A stretch of DNA of 64,000 nt, taken from the human T2T-CHM13v2.0 reference genome, Homo sapiens. Numbering within the stretch: position 1 is the first letter of the stretch; every line of letters starts with the position of its first letter. Below the pieces are notes generated by a model that made no database searches, was not told the DNA's origin, and saw only the letters and a list, made by a program, of their open reading frames with translations. Below are positions 15,622 through 42,520 of the stretch, piece by piece. The position numbers and the translations under genes were made by a program. Location: NCBI RefSeq assembly GCF_009914755.1, contig NC_060925.1. The stretch is one strand, 5' to 3'.

Positions 15622-17825
15622 GGGTGCCCGGGGCAAGTGCCAGCTCATGTCATCACCTTCACTGAGCCCTGGGTACAGTTAACCACTGAGGGCCAGGAAA
15701 TTGACTTCCTCCTGGACACTGGCGCAGCCTTCTCAGTGTTAATCTCATGTCTTAGATGACTGTCCTCAAGGTCCCTTACCATCCAAGGAATCCTGGGACA
15801 GCCTGTAACCAGGTATTTCTCCCACCTCCTCAGTTGTAATTGGGAGACTTTGCTCTTTTCACATGCCTTTCTTGTTATGCCTGAAAGTCCCACACCCTTA
15901 TTAGGGAGGGATATATTAGCCAAGGCTGGAGCTATTATCTACATGAATATGGGGAACAAGTTACCCATTTGTTGTCCCCCTACTTGAGGAGGGAATCAAC
16001 CCTGAAGTCTGGGCATTGAAAGGACAATTTGGAAGGGCAAAAAATGCCCGCCCAGTCCAAATCAGACTGAAAGACCCCACCACTTTTCCTTATCAAAGGC
16101 AATATCCCTTAAGACCTGAAGCTCATAAAGGATTACAGGATATTGTTAAACATTTAAAAGCTCAAGGCTTAGTAAGGAAATGCAGCAGTCCCTGCAACAC
16201 CCCAATTCTAGGAGTACAAAAACCGGTCAGTGGAGACTAGTGCAAGATCTTAGACTCATCAATGAGGCAGTAATTCCTCTATATCCAGTTGTACTCAACC
16301 CCTATACCCTGCTCTCTCAAATACCAGAGGAAGCAGAATGGTTCACTGTTCTGGACCTCAAGGATGTCTTCTGTATTCCCCTGCACTCTGACTCCCAGTT
16401 TCTCTTTGCCTTTGAGGATCCCACAGACCACACGTCCCAACTTATGTGGACAGTCTTGCCCCAAGGGCTTAGGGATAGCCCTCACCTGTTTGGTCAGGCA
16501 CTGGCCCAAGATCTAGGCCACTTCTGAAGTCCAGGCACTCTGGTCCTTCAGTATTTGGATGATTTACTTTTGGCTACCAGTTCGGAAGCTTCATGCCAGC
16601 AGGCTACTCTAGATTTCTTGAACTTTCTAGCTAATCAAGGGTACAAGTGTCTAGGTCGAAGGCCCAGCTTTGCCTATAGCAGGTCAAATATCTAGGCCTA
16701 ATCTTAGCCAGAGGGACCAGGGCCCTCAGCAAGGAATGAATACAGCCTATACTGGCTTATCCTCACCCTAAGACATTAAAACAGTTGCGGGGTTCCTTGA
16801 AATCACTGGCTTTTGCTGACTATGGATCCCAGGATACAGCAAGATAGCCAGGCCCCTCTATACTCTAATCAAGGAGACCCAGAGAGCAAATACTCATCTA
16901 GTAGAATGGGAACCAGAGGCAGAAACAGCCTTCAAAACCTTAAAGCAGGCCCTTGTACAAGCTCCAGCTTTAAGCCTTCCCATAGGAGAAAACTTCTCTT
17001 TATACATCACAGAGAGAGTAGGGATAGCTCTTTGAGTCCTTACTCAGACTCGTGGGACAACCCCACAACCAGTGGCATACCTAAGTAAGGAAATTGATGT
17101 GGTAGCAAAAGGCTGGCCTCACTGTTTACAGGTAGTTGTGGTGGTGGCTGTCTTAGTGTCAGGAGCTGTCAAAATAATACAAAGAAAGGATCTCACTATC
17201 TGGACTACTCATGATGTAAATGGCATACTAGGTGCCAAAGGAATTTTATGGCTATCAGACAACTGCCTACTTAGATACCAAGCGCTACTCCTTGAGGGAC
17301 TGGTGCTTCAAATAGGTACGTGCATGGCCCTCAACCCTGCCACTTTTCTCCCAGAGGATGGGGAACCAATCGAGCATGACTGCCAACAAATTATAGTCCA
17401 GACTTATGCCGCCCGAGATGATCTCTTAGAAGTCCCCTTAGCTAATCCTGACCTTAACCTATATACCGATGGAAGTTCATTTGTGGAGAATGGGGTATGA
17501 AGGGCAGGTTATGCCATAGATAATGATGTAACTGTACTTGAAAGTAAGTCTCTTCCCCCAGGGACCAGTGCCCAGTTAGCAGAAGTAGTGGCACTTACTT
17601 GAGCCTTAGAACTGGGAAAGGGAAAAAGAATAAATGTGTATACAAATAGCAAGTATGCTTATCTAATCCTACATGCTCATGCTGCAATATGGAAAGAAAG
17701 GGAGTTCCTAACCTCTGGGGGAACCCCCATTAAATACCACAAAGAAATTATGGAGTTATTGCACGCAGTGCAAAAACCCAAGGAGGTGGCAGTCTTACAC
17801 TGCCGAAGCCATCAAAAAGGGGAAG
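15622..17825 (+). pseudogene. pol: HERV9 pro-pol (protease, RT, RNase H; no integrase), disrupted
   Basis: FLLDTGA (DTG at 15715-15723), WRLVQDLR, LPQG, QYLDD (~16549-16563), RNase H LYTDGSSF and HCRSHQKG; several stops and frameshifts. Confidence 0.93.
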
Positions 17826-18090
17826 GAAAGGGGAGAACAGCAGCACAAGCAGCTGGCAGAGGCAGGGAAAGACCAGCAGAGAGAAAGAGAGAGACAGAGA
17901 GAGGAAGAGACAGACAGAAAGTCAAAGAGAGAAAGAAACAGACAGAGACAAACAGGGAGTGAGAAAGAGAAAGAGACAAAAAGTCAAAGAAAGAAGGAGA
18001 GAGGAAGAGACAAAGAGGGAGTCAGAAGGAGAGAGACAAAGAAGAAGTCAAAGAGAAAGAAAGAGAGATGGAAGTAGTAAATAAAAAACA
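17826..18090 (+). repeat. AG-rich purine tract inside the provirus
   Basis: Degenerate gagagacagagagaggaagagac repeats directly after RNase H. Confidence 0.85.
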
Positions 18091-18727
18091 GTGTACCCTA
18101 TTCCTTTAAAAGCCAGGGTAAATTTAAAACCTACAATTGATAATTGAAGGTCTTCTCTGTAACCTTATAACACTCCAATACCACCTCATTGTCAGTGTAA
18201 ACAAGGGCATAGCCTGAAAGCACTGAGGCCACTGACAACCCATAGCCTTCCTATCAAAAATCCTTAACCCAGCAGGTTTCCTAACAGGGGATCTAAATCT
18301 TAACTAATTACCATACAAAGGTCCAACCAGCTCTAGGAGGAACTCCCTTCAGGACAGGACAATAGATGGTTCCTCACAGGCGATTAAGGGAAAAAGACAT
18401 GATGCGTATTAAGTAGGTGATAAGGAAACTCTTGTAGAAGCAGAGTTAGGAAAATTGCCTGATAATTGGTCTGCTCAAATGTGTGAGCTGTTTGCACTCA
18501 GCCAAACCTTAAAGTACTTACAGAATCAGGAAGGAGCCATCTATACCAATTTTAAGTTAATATGGACTGAACGAGGTATTATTAATAGCAGAGAGTAATT
18601 GAAATCCCAAACTTACAAGGTTTTCAACAAAAGTAGTTTGCTAAAAGTTAACAGTGTAAACATATATTATCCTAACTTCTAATCTTGTGGAAATCAGACC
18701 TTATCAGTAATCCTCAAAGCTCAAGTT

Positions 18728-19330
18728 CGTCAGCACAGAGCCATACAACTAATACCCCTACTTATAGGGTTAGGAATGGCAACTGCTACAGGAACCGGAA
18801 TAGCCAGTTTATCTACTTCATTATCCTACTACCACACACTCTCAAAGGATTTCTCAGACAGTTTGCAAGAGATAACGAAATCTATCCTTACTCTACAATC
18901 CCAAATAGACTCTTTAGCAGCAGTGACTCTCCAAAACTGCTGAGGCCTAGACCTCCTCACTGCTGAGGAAGGAGGACTCTGCACCTTCTTAGGGGAAGAG
19001 TGTTGTTTTTACACGAACCAATCAGGGATAGTAAGAGATGCTGCCCGGTGTTTACAGGAAAAGGCTTCTGAAATCAGACAATGCCTTTCAAACTCTTATA
19101 CCAACCTCTGGAGTTGGGCAACATGGCTTCTCCCCTTTCTAGGTCCCATGGCAGCTATCTTGCTGTTACTTGCCTTTGGGCCCTGTATTTTTAACCTTCT
19201 GGTCAAATTTGTTTCCTCTAGAATCGAGGCCATCAAGCTACAGATGGTCTTACAAATGGAACCCCAAATGAGCTCAACTAACAACTTCTACTGAGGACCC
19301 CTGGACCGACCTGCTGGTCCTTCCACTGGC
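18728..19330 (+). pseudogene. env: HERV9 env TM subunit remnant
   Basis: RQHR/AIQLIPLLIGLG fusion peptide, ISD LQNC*GLDLL (TGA 18941-18943), CX6CC motif CTFLGEECC, TM WLLPFLGPMAAILLLLAFGPCIF. Confidence 0.92.
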
Positions 19331-19498
19331 CTAAAGAGTTCCTCTCTGGAGGACACTACAACTGCAGGGCACCTTCTTTGCCACTATCCAGCAGGAAGTA
19401 GCTAGAGCAGTCATTGCCACTATCCAGCAGGAAGTAGCTAGAGCAGTCATTGGCCAAATTCCCAACAGCAGTTGGGGTGTCCTGTTTAGAGGGGTGAT

Positions 19499-20927
<1,429 letters not shown>

Positions 20928-21052
20928 CTAAGTCTCAAAAAAACAAAACAAAACAAAAAACAAACAAACCCAAAGTCTTACTATGGCATCAAAGAAGAAT
21001 AAATTCTGAATGATGAGAGTTTTGTATCAGAGTTAGAAATTTGAGCTGGGCT

Positions 21053-21331
21053 GGCTGGGTGTGGTGGCTCATGCCTGTAATCCCAGCACTTTGGGAGGCT
21101 GAGGTGGGCAGATCACGAGGTCAGGAGATCAAGACCATCCTGGCTAACATGGTGAAACCCTGTCTCTACTAAAAATACAAAAAAAAAATTAGCTGGGCAT
21201 GGTGGTGGGCGCCTGTAGTACCAGCTACTCGGGAGGCGTGAACCTGGGAGGCAGAGCCTGCAGTGAGCAGAGATTGTGTCACTGCACTCCAGCCTGGGCA
21301 ACAAAGTGAGACTCCGTCTTAAAAAAAAAAA
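21053..21331 (+). mobile_element. AluY-like element with a small internal deletion
   Basis: 18 bp TSD agaaatttgagctgggct at 21035-21052 and 21332-21349. Confidence 0.92.
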
Positions 21332-21805
21332 AGAAATTTGAGCTGGGCTAAATGTACATACATATATAGATGTGTGTGTGTGTGTGTGTGTATACTGATT
21401 TTTTTAAAAAACACAGGTTTATTGAGAAAAATTAAAAATATAGGGAAATATGTGCATTATAACCAAGATAATGACACTTAAGAACTTGATGCATAATCTT
21501 GTTTTTATAAATATACTTACAAAAGATATTACTATTACAAACATCTGTTAATTTGATGAATATGTATGTAATGCTTACAATGTCTTAGGCACTGTTTTAC
21601 AGGCTTGAGTTACATCAGTGAAGATGTAACTCAAGTAATTTCTTTTGTCATAGAGCTTATCTTTTAGTGAAGTGAGATAGAGAATAGACAAACAGAGAAA
21701 TAAGTAAATTATGTAGAATGCTACAAGGCGATAAGTCCTATAGGGATAGAGAGAAGAAAAACGGGACAGAAAGGAGGATCAAGACTCCTGAGGAATGGAT
21801 TACAG

Positions 21806-22124
<319 letters not shown>

Positions 22125-22129
22125 TAGTA

Positions 22130-22810
22130 TTTGGAAGTTGACAGGGTCGCTGTGGCAGATAAAAGTTTTTTGATATTCTAATTTTTACTTAAAAGTTCAA
22201 AATTTTATCATCCGCAAGAAATACCGTGGTGTTTTCCTTGAAGTAACAGGAGTACTTCATTCATTTTTGAAAAAATTTCTGCCAGATGCCAAAGTCTGAG
22301 TAAACATAGTTTGTCTTGTTAGTTACTCTTTCACACAAAAATTGTGTTCCAAGAAAAAATTGTCTAGTTTACCTGGCAACTTGAAAAATCACGTAAGTGC
22401 TTTTCCTCAAGATAATCATCCTGCTTTGGTGTGCAGCAGAAGTGCTTTATTTGTACTTCCCATTTTGTCACCCAAAAACCTTTTACTTAAGACTTGAAAT
22501 TCAATACAATTAATAAGTTTTACTGCTTTATCCATGACATTAATAAATAAAAGTGGCATTTTTTACTTTGAGTGCATAGCAGTGAATAGTAACAATGGCC
22601 ACTAGCACAGTTTGGTGCCACTACCTCGATTCCAGTAAATTTCCAATCCTTTTACCCACCATTGCTTTTGCAGCATCAGTGCAAACATCAACATAGTAAA
22701 AACGACACAATGCCTTAGCATTATTATGAAAACAGTTTTGGCTATGGATCTCTTGAAAGGGTCTTGGAAACCTCAGAAGTCTGCAGGCCACACTTTGGAT
22801 ATCATTGCTT
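22130..22810. mobile_element. hAT-Charlie DNA transposon (Charlie1-like)
   Basis: gttttccttgaagtaacagg, cagcagaagtgctttat, ttagcattattatgaaaacagttttg, ccacactttgga terminus. Confidence 0.7.
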
Positions 22811-23512
22811 TAATCTCTTAGTCATTGATATCTCAGCAAGTACCTAATGTAGCATAGCCTCAGCTGTACATGTTGTCCTTATTTTCCAGGTGGGGAAAAT
22901 GAAGATGAGAGATGTTCATTAATTGGCCCAGGATCCCATAGGCATAAGGGAGAGAAGTAGATTTTGCATCTAGAATTGTCTAAATCCAAATCCCAGCCTC
23001 TCCTTCTACTTTATATTTCCTGGATAATAATGCTTAAATGCCTTACCTCTTATTTTTCTCTTTTGCAGAATATACTGATTTTATTGAAGTATTTGTTGTA
23101 CATCTTCCCTCCTCTCTTGGGTGGTCAGGGTATATCTGGACTCTCAATAATATATTTTCCTAGTTATAGAAGTACTAGATTCAGGACAATTGGCTTTGGT
23201 GAAAAAAAAGAAAAAAAATAGTAATAAATAAATAAAAGTAATAGAGGCAATATTTTGAACAAGACAACGCCCAAACTCTTTTGCTAAAACATATATAGAA
23301 ATGCTGAGTGAAAACTAAGCAAGCAAGCAAGCAAGGCTGAGATAAAGATATCTATCTTATTCTGGAACCAGAGTAGAGAAAAAAGAGGTAGTGGTTTGCC
23401 CTTGTGAATTTATCATTTAAGCCTGCCCTCATTCAGATCTCAGGTCTGGAGTTATGCTCCATGCATGGCAGTGATCCTCAAGCTGAGAAATTCATGTAAA
23501 ATGTATCTGAAC

Positions 23513-23830
<318 letters not shown>

Positions 23831-23929
23831 GGATCTGAGAACTGAAACACTTTTCCCCCATACAGCTTGGTGATGCCAAAGTTACCTGCCTGCCCTCTCC
23901 CCACAGTTCACTGCTTAACACAATTTTAT

Positions 23930-24543
23930 TATCTTATTGTATACATAACCTTGTTTTACATGTTTTTAAATACATCCTCTTTAATGTGTATTGTTGATTC
24001 ATTAACACTGACCTCACTACTAACAGCACTATAACTCATGCCTGAATAAAGCTTACCTAATAGTATTTTCCCTGTAAGGCACATCACAGCCTCTTTTTCT
24101 TCTTTAACTGTTTTTTTTTTCCCCAGCTTCACTGAGGTAGAACTGACAAGTAAAAATGTATATATTTAAGGTGTACAATGACAACACATCCTCCTGCACT
24201 GAGTTAACACTAGACAGCACTTTAGCACTATGTTTGGAGGCCATTTTAAACAGCAAAATCACCAACGAAAAGCACAAGAATGTGAATAATGTAGCACTAA
24301 ATATACTGAGACAGGGACACTTGTTTACCGTATGTGAGCTGAAAGAAGGCGGAACCTAGCCTTGTTTGACCTCAGCTGGAAATGGGCACAGGGGACTCAA
24401 ATTTTTTCACAGCTCGGCACAAATGAATGTCTGCAGATAACTGGGAAACAGCCATGTGTATTGATTTTGGGGTAGCAAACAAATTTTAGCAAGTAGGTGA
24501 ACCTGCAGATATGGACTCTTTTGAATAATGAGAACCAATTGTA
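23930..24543. mobile_element. TcMar-Tigger element (MER2B-like)
   Basis: gccattttaaacagcaaaatcaccaac and Tigger-like end gaataatgagaaccaattgta. Confidence 0.6.
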
Positions 24544-24913
24544 ATTGCAAAACTTTTCTGAAGGAACACACCTTAAACTCAGGCCACTAATAAGATTCTT
24601 ATTTTGCTTGAGATGTGGTCAAAATCCCTAGTTACAGGAGGAAACAACTTATCATGAATGAGATAGCAAATACAAGAACTTAGAAATCAAAGAACATGTG
24701 AAAATACAACTATTCGATAGGGACTATGAAACAAAAATGTTAAAAGTGATTCTGTAAATTTAAAAATAGTGAGAAAACAAGGCATTATTTCAAAAGACTA
24801 AGCAGATTTGAAGTAGACTTGATAAAATTTCTAGATATAAAAAATAGTTAATTAAATAACAAACTCAAGGGAAGGATTAAACAGTGAACTAAATAGTTGA
24901 AAAAAGAATTAGT

Positions 24914-26406
<1,493 letters not shown>

Positions 26407-26787
26407 TCAAACAAAGCCTGACCTTTAACTTTGTAGGTATGAAAACATGCTTTTTTTTTTTTTCAAGAAATAGAAAGACACACAGCACCAGGCTTATAGA
26501 AACCACAATATCTATTAAAATGGCAATTTATTAATATTAATAGGAAACTAACTTCTGAAGAAATACAGATGCTTTTAGTGAAGGAAGACACCTCTTTCAA
26601 AATGTTTAAATGTGATGAAGAGGAGAGACCCTTGGTGGCAACTAAAGGTAGATGGAGGGCTGAGGGAGAGCTTTCTGGAAGCATTCATCATTAAATCAAT
26701 AAACGTGCTCAATATTAATTATCAGTAACTGCTATAAATTCATAAAGACCGGAAACTTATTTTTATAGATTTATTATGGAGATAAAC

Positions 26788-27194
<407 letters not shown>

Positions 27195-27764
27195 TGAAAC
27201 TTTACTTAGCTATGATAATCTTCATAAAGATGATAACAGTCTTGTGTGTAGACTTATGTGGAATTTCTTGTTAGCATTATTGATCCTATTTAAAATGAAA
27301 TCATCTAAAATGCTAACATTGTTGAACAACTATTGTTTTAAACAGAGAATCATAATAAGAAGCATTAATTAAATGATTATAAGTAAGCTAATGACTGCAG
27401 TTCTCCTTTCTCAGTATTGAAACAAATAGATTGCCTAGACCATCATCTACTTTTCTGCAATAGCATTTTCTTATTTTACAGACTTATGGCTGTTCTGTTG
27501 GGTTATAAACCCAAATACCTATAGATTAATATTAATTTACTTCAGAATAATAATAGATATTATGTATTGCCTATGTAGCTGTGTGTGCTTGAAGCTTTTA
27601 TATACATTGTATCATTTTATCCTTTTAGTACCTCTTCTTCTAGGTGACACAGTCAGATCCAAAATGTCCAGCATAAGATGGACTTTATTTTTTGGTGCAG
27701 TTTTTAAAAAATGTACATAACATGATTCCACATAACATGAAATTCATTATTTCTTTTCATTTTA

Positions 27765-32280
<4,516 letters not shown>

Positions 32281-32284
32281 ACCA

Positions 32285-35430
<3,146 letters not shown>

Positions 35431-36236
35431 CCATTCATCAGGCTAGGGTGAACCTCAGATTTATATAGGATTTCTGTTTTGAAGCCTTGACTGGTGAATA
35501 ATACTTCATATTATGTCCTCTTGGTCATCTCTTTCTTTTTGTGTTGTCACCTGTGCCTTTACCACGGTCCAGTCTCCTGATATTTTTTTCCGTTTGAATC
35601 TCTCCATTCCTTATTTGATGTTCTAATTTGCTCCATCCTCATTTTCCTCAGAATTCTGGCTTTGCCTCCTGGTCTTAATGAATGCTGACTTTCCCCTGAA
35701 GATTTTGTTCCCCTGCAACCTTGAATTTATGCTTTTTGTGTTTTTTGGTCTCATTCATTCAGAATACTGGGTCAGTGGTTGAGTTCAGCTCTCTTTTCAT
35801 TCTCCAATGCTACACCTGAACCAGTACTCCTCTGCTCTTATGTTAAAATCCCATTCCTTTGAAGGATTCCATGACATTTGCATATGTCATTCTCCACTCT
35901 ATCTGTGCTATCACCTATTGACTTCCTGGTTACTAGTTCATATCCCCATCCACATGGCTTATAATCTTACCTATGCTCATGGTTTCAGTTGTCCTGTAAA
36001 GTGGATGACTTGAGAAGCTATATATTCAGCTCAAATCTTCCCCTTGAGCTCTGTATCTAACTGTCTGTTGGGCGTAGCTATATGGACAACTCTTAAGCAT
36101 TCCTAACTCAACATGTGGAAAATTGAAAAGCCAGAAATGTGGGAGTCTCCCTTGATTCCTTCTCTCACTCACACTTTCTCTTGACTCTATTATCTTAATA
36201 TTTCTGGCCAATATTTCACTCTTCTCTTATCTCTAC

Positions 36237-36919
36237 TGTTGGGGCTTGGAAGATAACACCCCAAACGATGACACTTTGGCATGCTGAGTGCTTTGAAGAA
36301 CACTGGAAAGGCTCAGATGCAAAATCTCTTTCTGACCTTCTCCTGCTCTTCTTTCTCCGGTTTGCCTTTCTCCCCAAGGGAGGCCATAGAACCTAGAATT
36401 CCTCTTCCCCAAGGCAGGTCATAGGAACTAGAACGCCTTTCCCCCAAAGTCTGCCATAAAATCTAGAAATACTACTCTAACCTTCCCCCACCTTTCAGTG
36501 TAAGAGCTGGCCTGAAAGGAATTCTCTGACCTACCTCGACTGAAAGTAAATCATAAGACCCACATTCCAGAAGGAGTCCTGACCTGTACCCAGGAGGGAA
36601 GAATGTCACACAAAGAGGGCAGGAAGAATCTGAACAGTCAGGCTCTACTGGGTTTCCCCACTCAATTACTATTAGATAATTTCCTTTTTGTCTAATTGCA
36701 TTTCTCCATGGCTGTCCACTCTTCATCAAATCTAAGCATAAAAAGGGGCAGTTTTCCCTGGGTTTTTGGGTCTTCATTTCAGAAGGGTCCCGTGTCACAT
36801 AAAACTTTGATTAAATAAATTTGTAATGCTTTTCTTTTGTTAACCTGTCTTTTGTTACAGGAGTGTTGGCCATGACTCTTATGGCAGGGAGGAAAGATAT
36901 AATACCTTTCCGCCCCTAG
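36237..36919 (+). mobile_element. Solo ERV1 LTR (MER31-like) within L2 fragments
   Basis: Starts tgttggggc...accccaaa...ggcatgctgagtgctttgaa; AATAAA near the 3' end. Confidence 0.75.
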
Positions 36920-37073
36920 AGTACTTTATTTCAGATCTCTCATTGTAAAAAACTGAATTATGAAAACAATCTCCTAATTGGTCTTGCCAGCCCAATCCAT
37001 TCTTCATACAGCAAATAGTAGACTAAAATGCAATCTAGTTATGTCACTCCTAAATGGTTCTCTTTATATTTAG

Positions 37074-39410
<2,337 letters not shown>

Positions 39411-41012
39411 TAGAGCTGGGAGGGGCACAGATGTTTAAGATGCGGATCCTGCCTTTAAGAAGGTATATTAGCTATTATAAGTTTCAATTAACCAAATGTG
39501 TGATGATTATTAAAAGTCAGTGTTACACATATTTACTTTGTTTTCTATTCTGATAAAGCTCATGTATGCTTTTAATTTCCCTTTAAATCTTAACTAATTT
39601 CCAAAACTATCAGTGTTTCATAAACAGCTTATAGTGCCCAGACAGAGAGCCTTGCCCTTAGTAGCACTCATCCTATTTTTGTTGAACTAAAACGAACAGC
39701 TTCTTCAGTTTTAACTCTTGCATGGTTGGCAATTGGCTGAATTGGAATGTGAAGACACATTTAGAGGAGAGAATGTTCTGTCTGAGTGCTGCAGCTGTAA
39801 GAATCTCTTCAAAAAACATAAAGTCTATTACATAAATTATGTACTCTTTAAACTCCCATGTTCATTTACACAATTGATCATGGAAACGACTTTAGAAATA
39901 TGTGTATCAAATATTTAGCATATTTTTAAAGCTTCCTTAATAACATCACTAATAAGTGGATGCAATTTTGTGTTTATTTACGGCAAACACCTATGAATAT
40001 CAGATAACCTAATTATAGTTTATCAACATTACCTTTGAATCATTCCAATGGAAATGTCCTCTCTCACTGCATTCATATTGTTTTGGTGCATGAGCATGGA
40101 AAACAGCAGATTATTTTCCATGATCATAGATTTTAAATATTTACTTGCTAGCGCTGCATAATTTAACGCACTAGAGTTGGAAAGCAGTTTGTATGACAGC
40201 TGATGCCATGTCAGTGTTGCAGAATATAGTTTCCTCCTGTGATTTCTGTGTGAAGTTGTAAAAAGGAAAGGTACTCTACTCCTTTTTTTCTAACCAATTA
40301 AAATTTGTTGTGGCAAATCTACAGAAAACCCAAGTCTGTAGTATACACACAATTTACTTTTGTATATATAGTTATTTTAAGAATCCAAGCATTGTTTCTC
40401 ATGGCCTGTTAATGCACAATACCAAAAATAAAATACATGCATTCTTGTAATCCAGGTCTTTATGAAAGTTACAAAAAGGCATCTAAACAGCTTGTTAGAT
40501 GCATGCTCTCTCTCCTAAAAAAAATCAAAACAGAGTTTGGGGATTTCGAAACAGGAAACCACAAGCTATGGAATCATGCAAGAAAACTACTTTGCTCACT
40601 CTAATAAGTGTGCCATTTGTGATCTTATCATATCCTTTGTTTGTTGTTTTGTTATTTAGCTGTCCAAGTACATGAATAAAAAATAAATAGATCCAGCTAC
40701 CTGTTTCTGTGAGAATAAAAAAAAATTTAAACCACCAAATCCACTAAAAAATTGAAAAAATTTCAAGTTTAATTTTGAACTTTTCAACTCTTCATTCTTG
40801 AAGGTTTTCATTCCCATGTGGTTTCATAGTCCGGTGGCATAGACTTCATATTTTATTTTTAGTTTTTAGTATAATTTCCTATGTAATTCAGAAGCATGTC
40901 TGGTAGTCCTTGCTCCAACAAAATCTGCGGTACTGTAAAACGGCATAGGATTACATTTTACAGTAACAGTATTTCTCTTGACATCATTTAGGAGTGAAGA
41001 TAAAAATTTCCA

Positions 41013-41699
<687 letters not shown>

Positions 41700-41879
41700 T
41701 GTCCTGTGTTTTAATGCTTGAAAATAATCTGAATATGGAAAATGAGTGCACATATCCCTTGATGTTTTATAAATAACCTACAGTCCTAATGGCTTGGCTT
41801 AGAGTTCCTTCACAACAGGAAAAGAAGGCATCCTGGCTTTTTTTTTTTTTTTTTTTTTAAATCAAAGTGAGGCTTGGGT

Positions 41880-42520
41880 TGGCTCTATCTTGGTCCTGAG
41901 TGCGAGGAAGGAGGGCCGCAATGCATGCTGGATCTTGCAGTTCCTACGCCAGAGGCAAGGGCGTGATGCTGCATGGCCTGCTGGTAGTTGAAGTCCAAGT
42001 GCTCGAGAGGAATTTATGGCAGCCGTAATGTGGTTTGTCTATCAGAGAGACAATGCTCACAGACGGATACTTTCTCTTGGTTCTGCGCTTGCTGCATTGG
42101 TGGATTAGCGGCTTGGGGTGGCGAACAGGTGGGAAAAAGGGATGGATAAAGTAAGCATAGCAGAGGCCTTTACGCCGCTGCTATCGCTACTGCCAATCGC
42201 AAGGCTTTCGTATCCCGGAAGTGGCTGATCTGTTGGATTTGACGCGGAGGCGGTTCCTCTTACTACGGTGGCCGGGGTGCTCAAAGTACCTGTAGCTGCG
42301 GCGCTGAGGTCGGAACGTCTGCGTGTGTGCGGGCTGGTTTTGTGGCGGCTGCTGCTAGAGCTGGAGCATTTGCCGGGTTGGTGGCTCCTGCACATTTTTA
42401 CAGTTCTCCAGTCCTTCTCTTTCGGTGAGGGATCGGCTTGAGGCTAAAGGAGTCAAGAAGTTTGGGACTTAGCGTCTCTGGTCCCCGAATGACTGGGTTT
42501 CTTGCGGGGGTCCGCCTTCA
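41880..42520 (+). promoter_or_regulatory. ATG4C: ATG4C CpG-island, TATA-less promoter
   Basis: High CpG density; ETS site CCGGAAGTG 42215-42223, CCAAT 42193-42197, ATTGG 42096-42100, half-CRE TGACG at 42240, two ZNF143-like motifs. Confidence 0.85.
42280..42424 (+). other. ATG4C: ATG4C non-coding exon 1 (start approximate); donor TCG/GTGAGG, possible alternative donor CGG/GTTGGT after 42376
   Basis: Donor consensus at the end of the CpG island; no ATG in the exon; TSS cannot be fixed from sequence alone. Confidence 0.7.

Noticed and set aside
40892-40901. p53 half-site AAGCATGTCT
   Set aside because: No convincing adjacent second half-site.
42105-42395. 96 aa antisense ORF across the ATG4C promoter
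   Set aside because: Expected by chance in a CpG island; no recognisable protein features.
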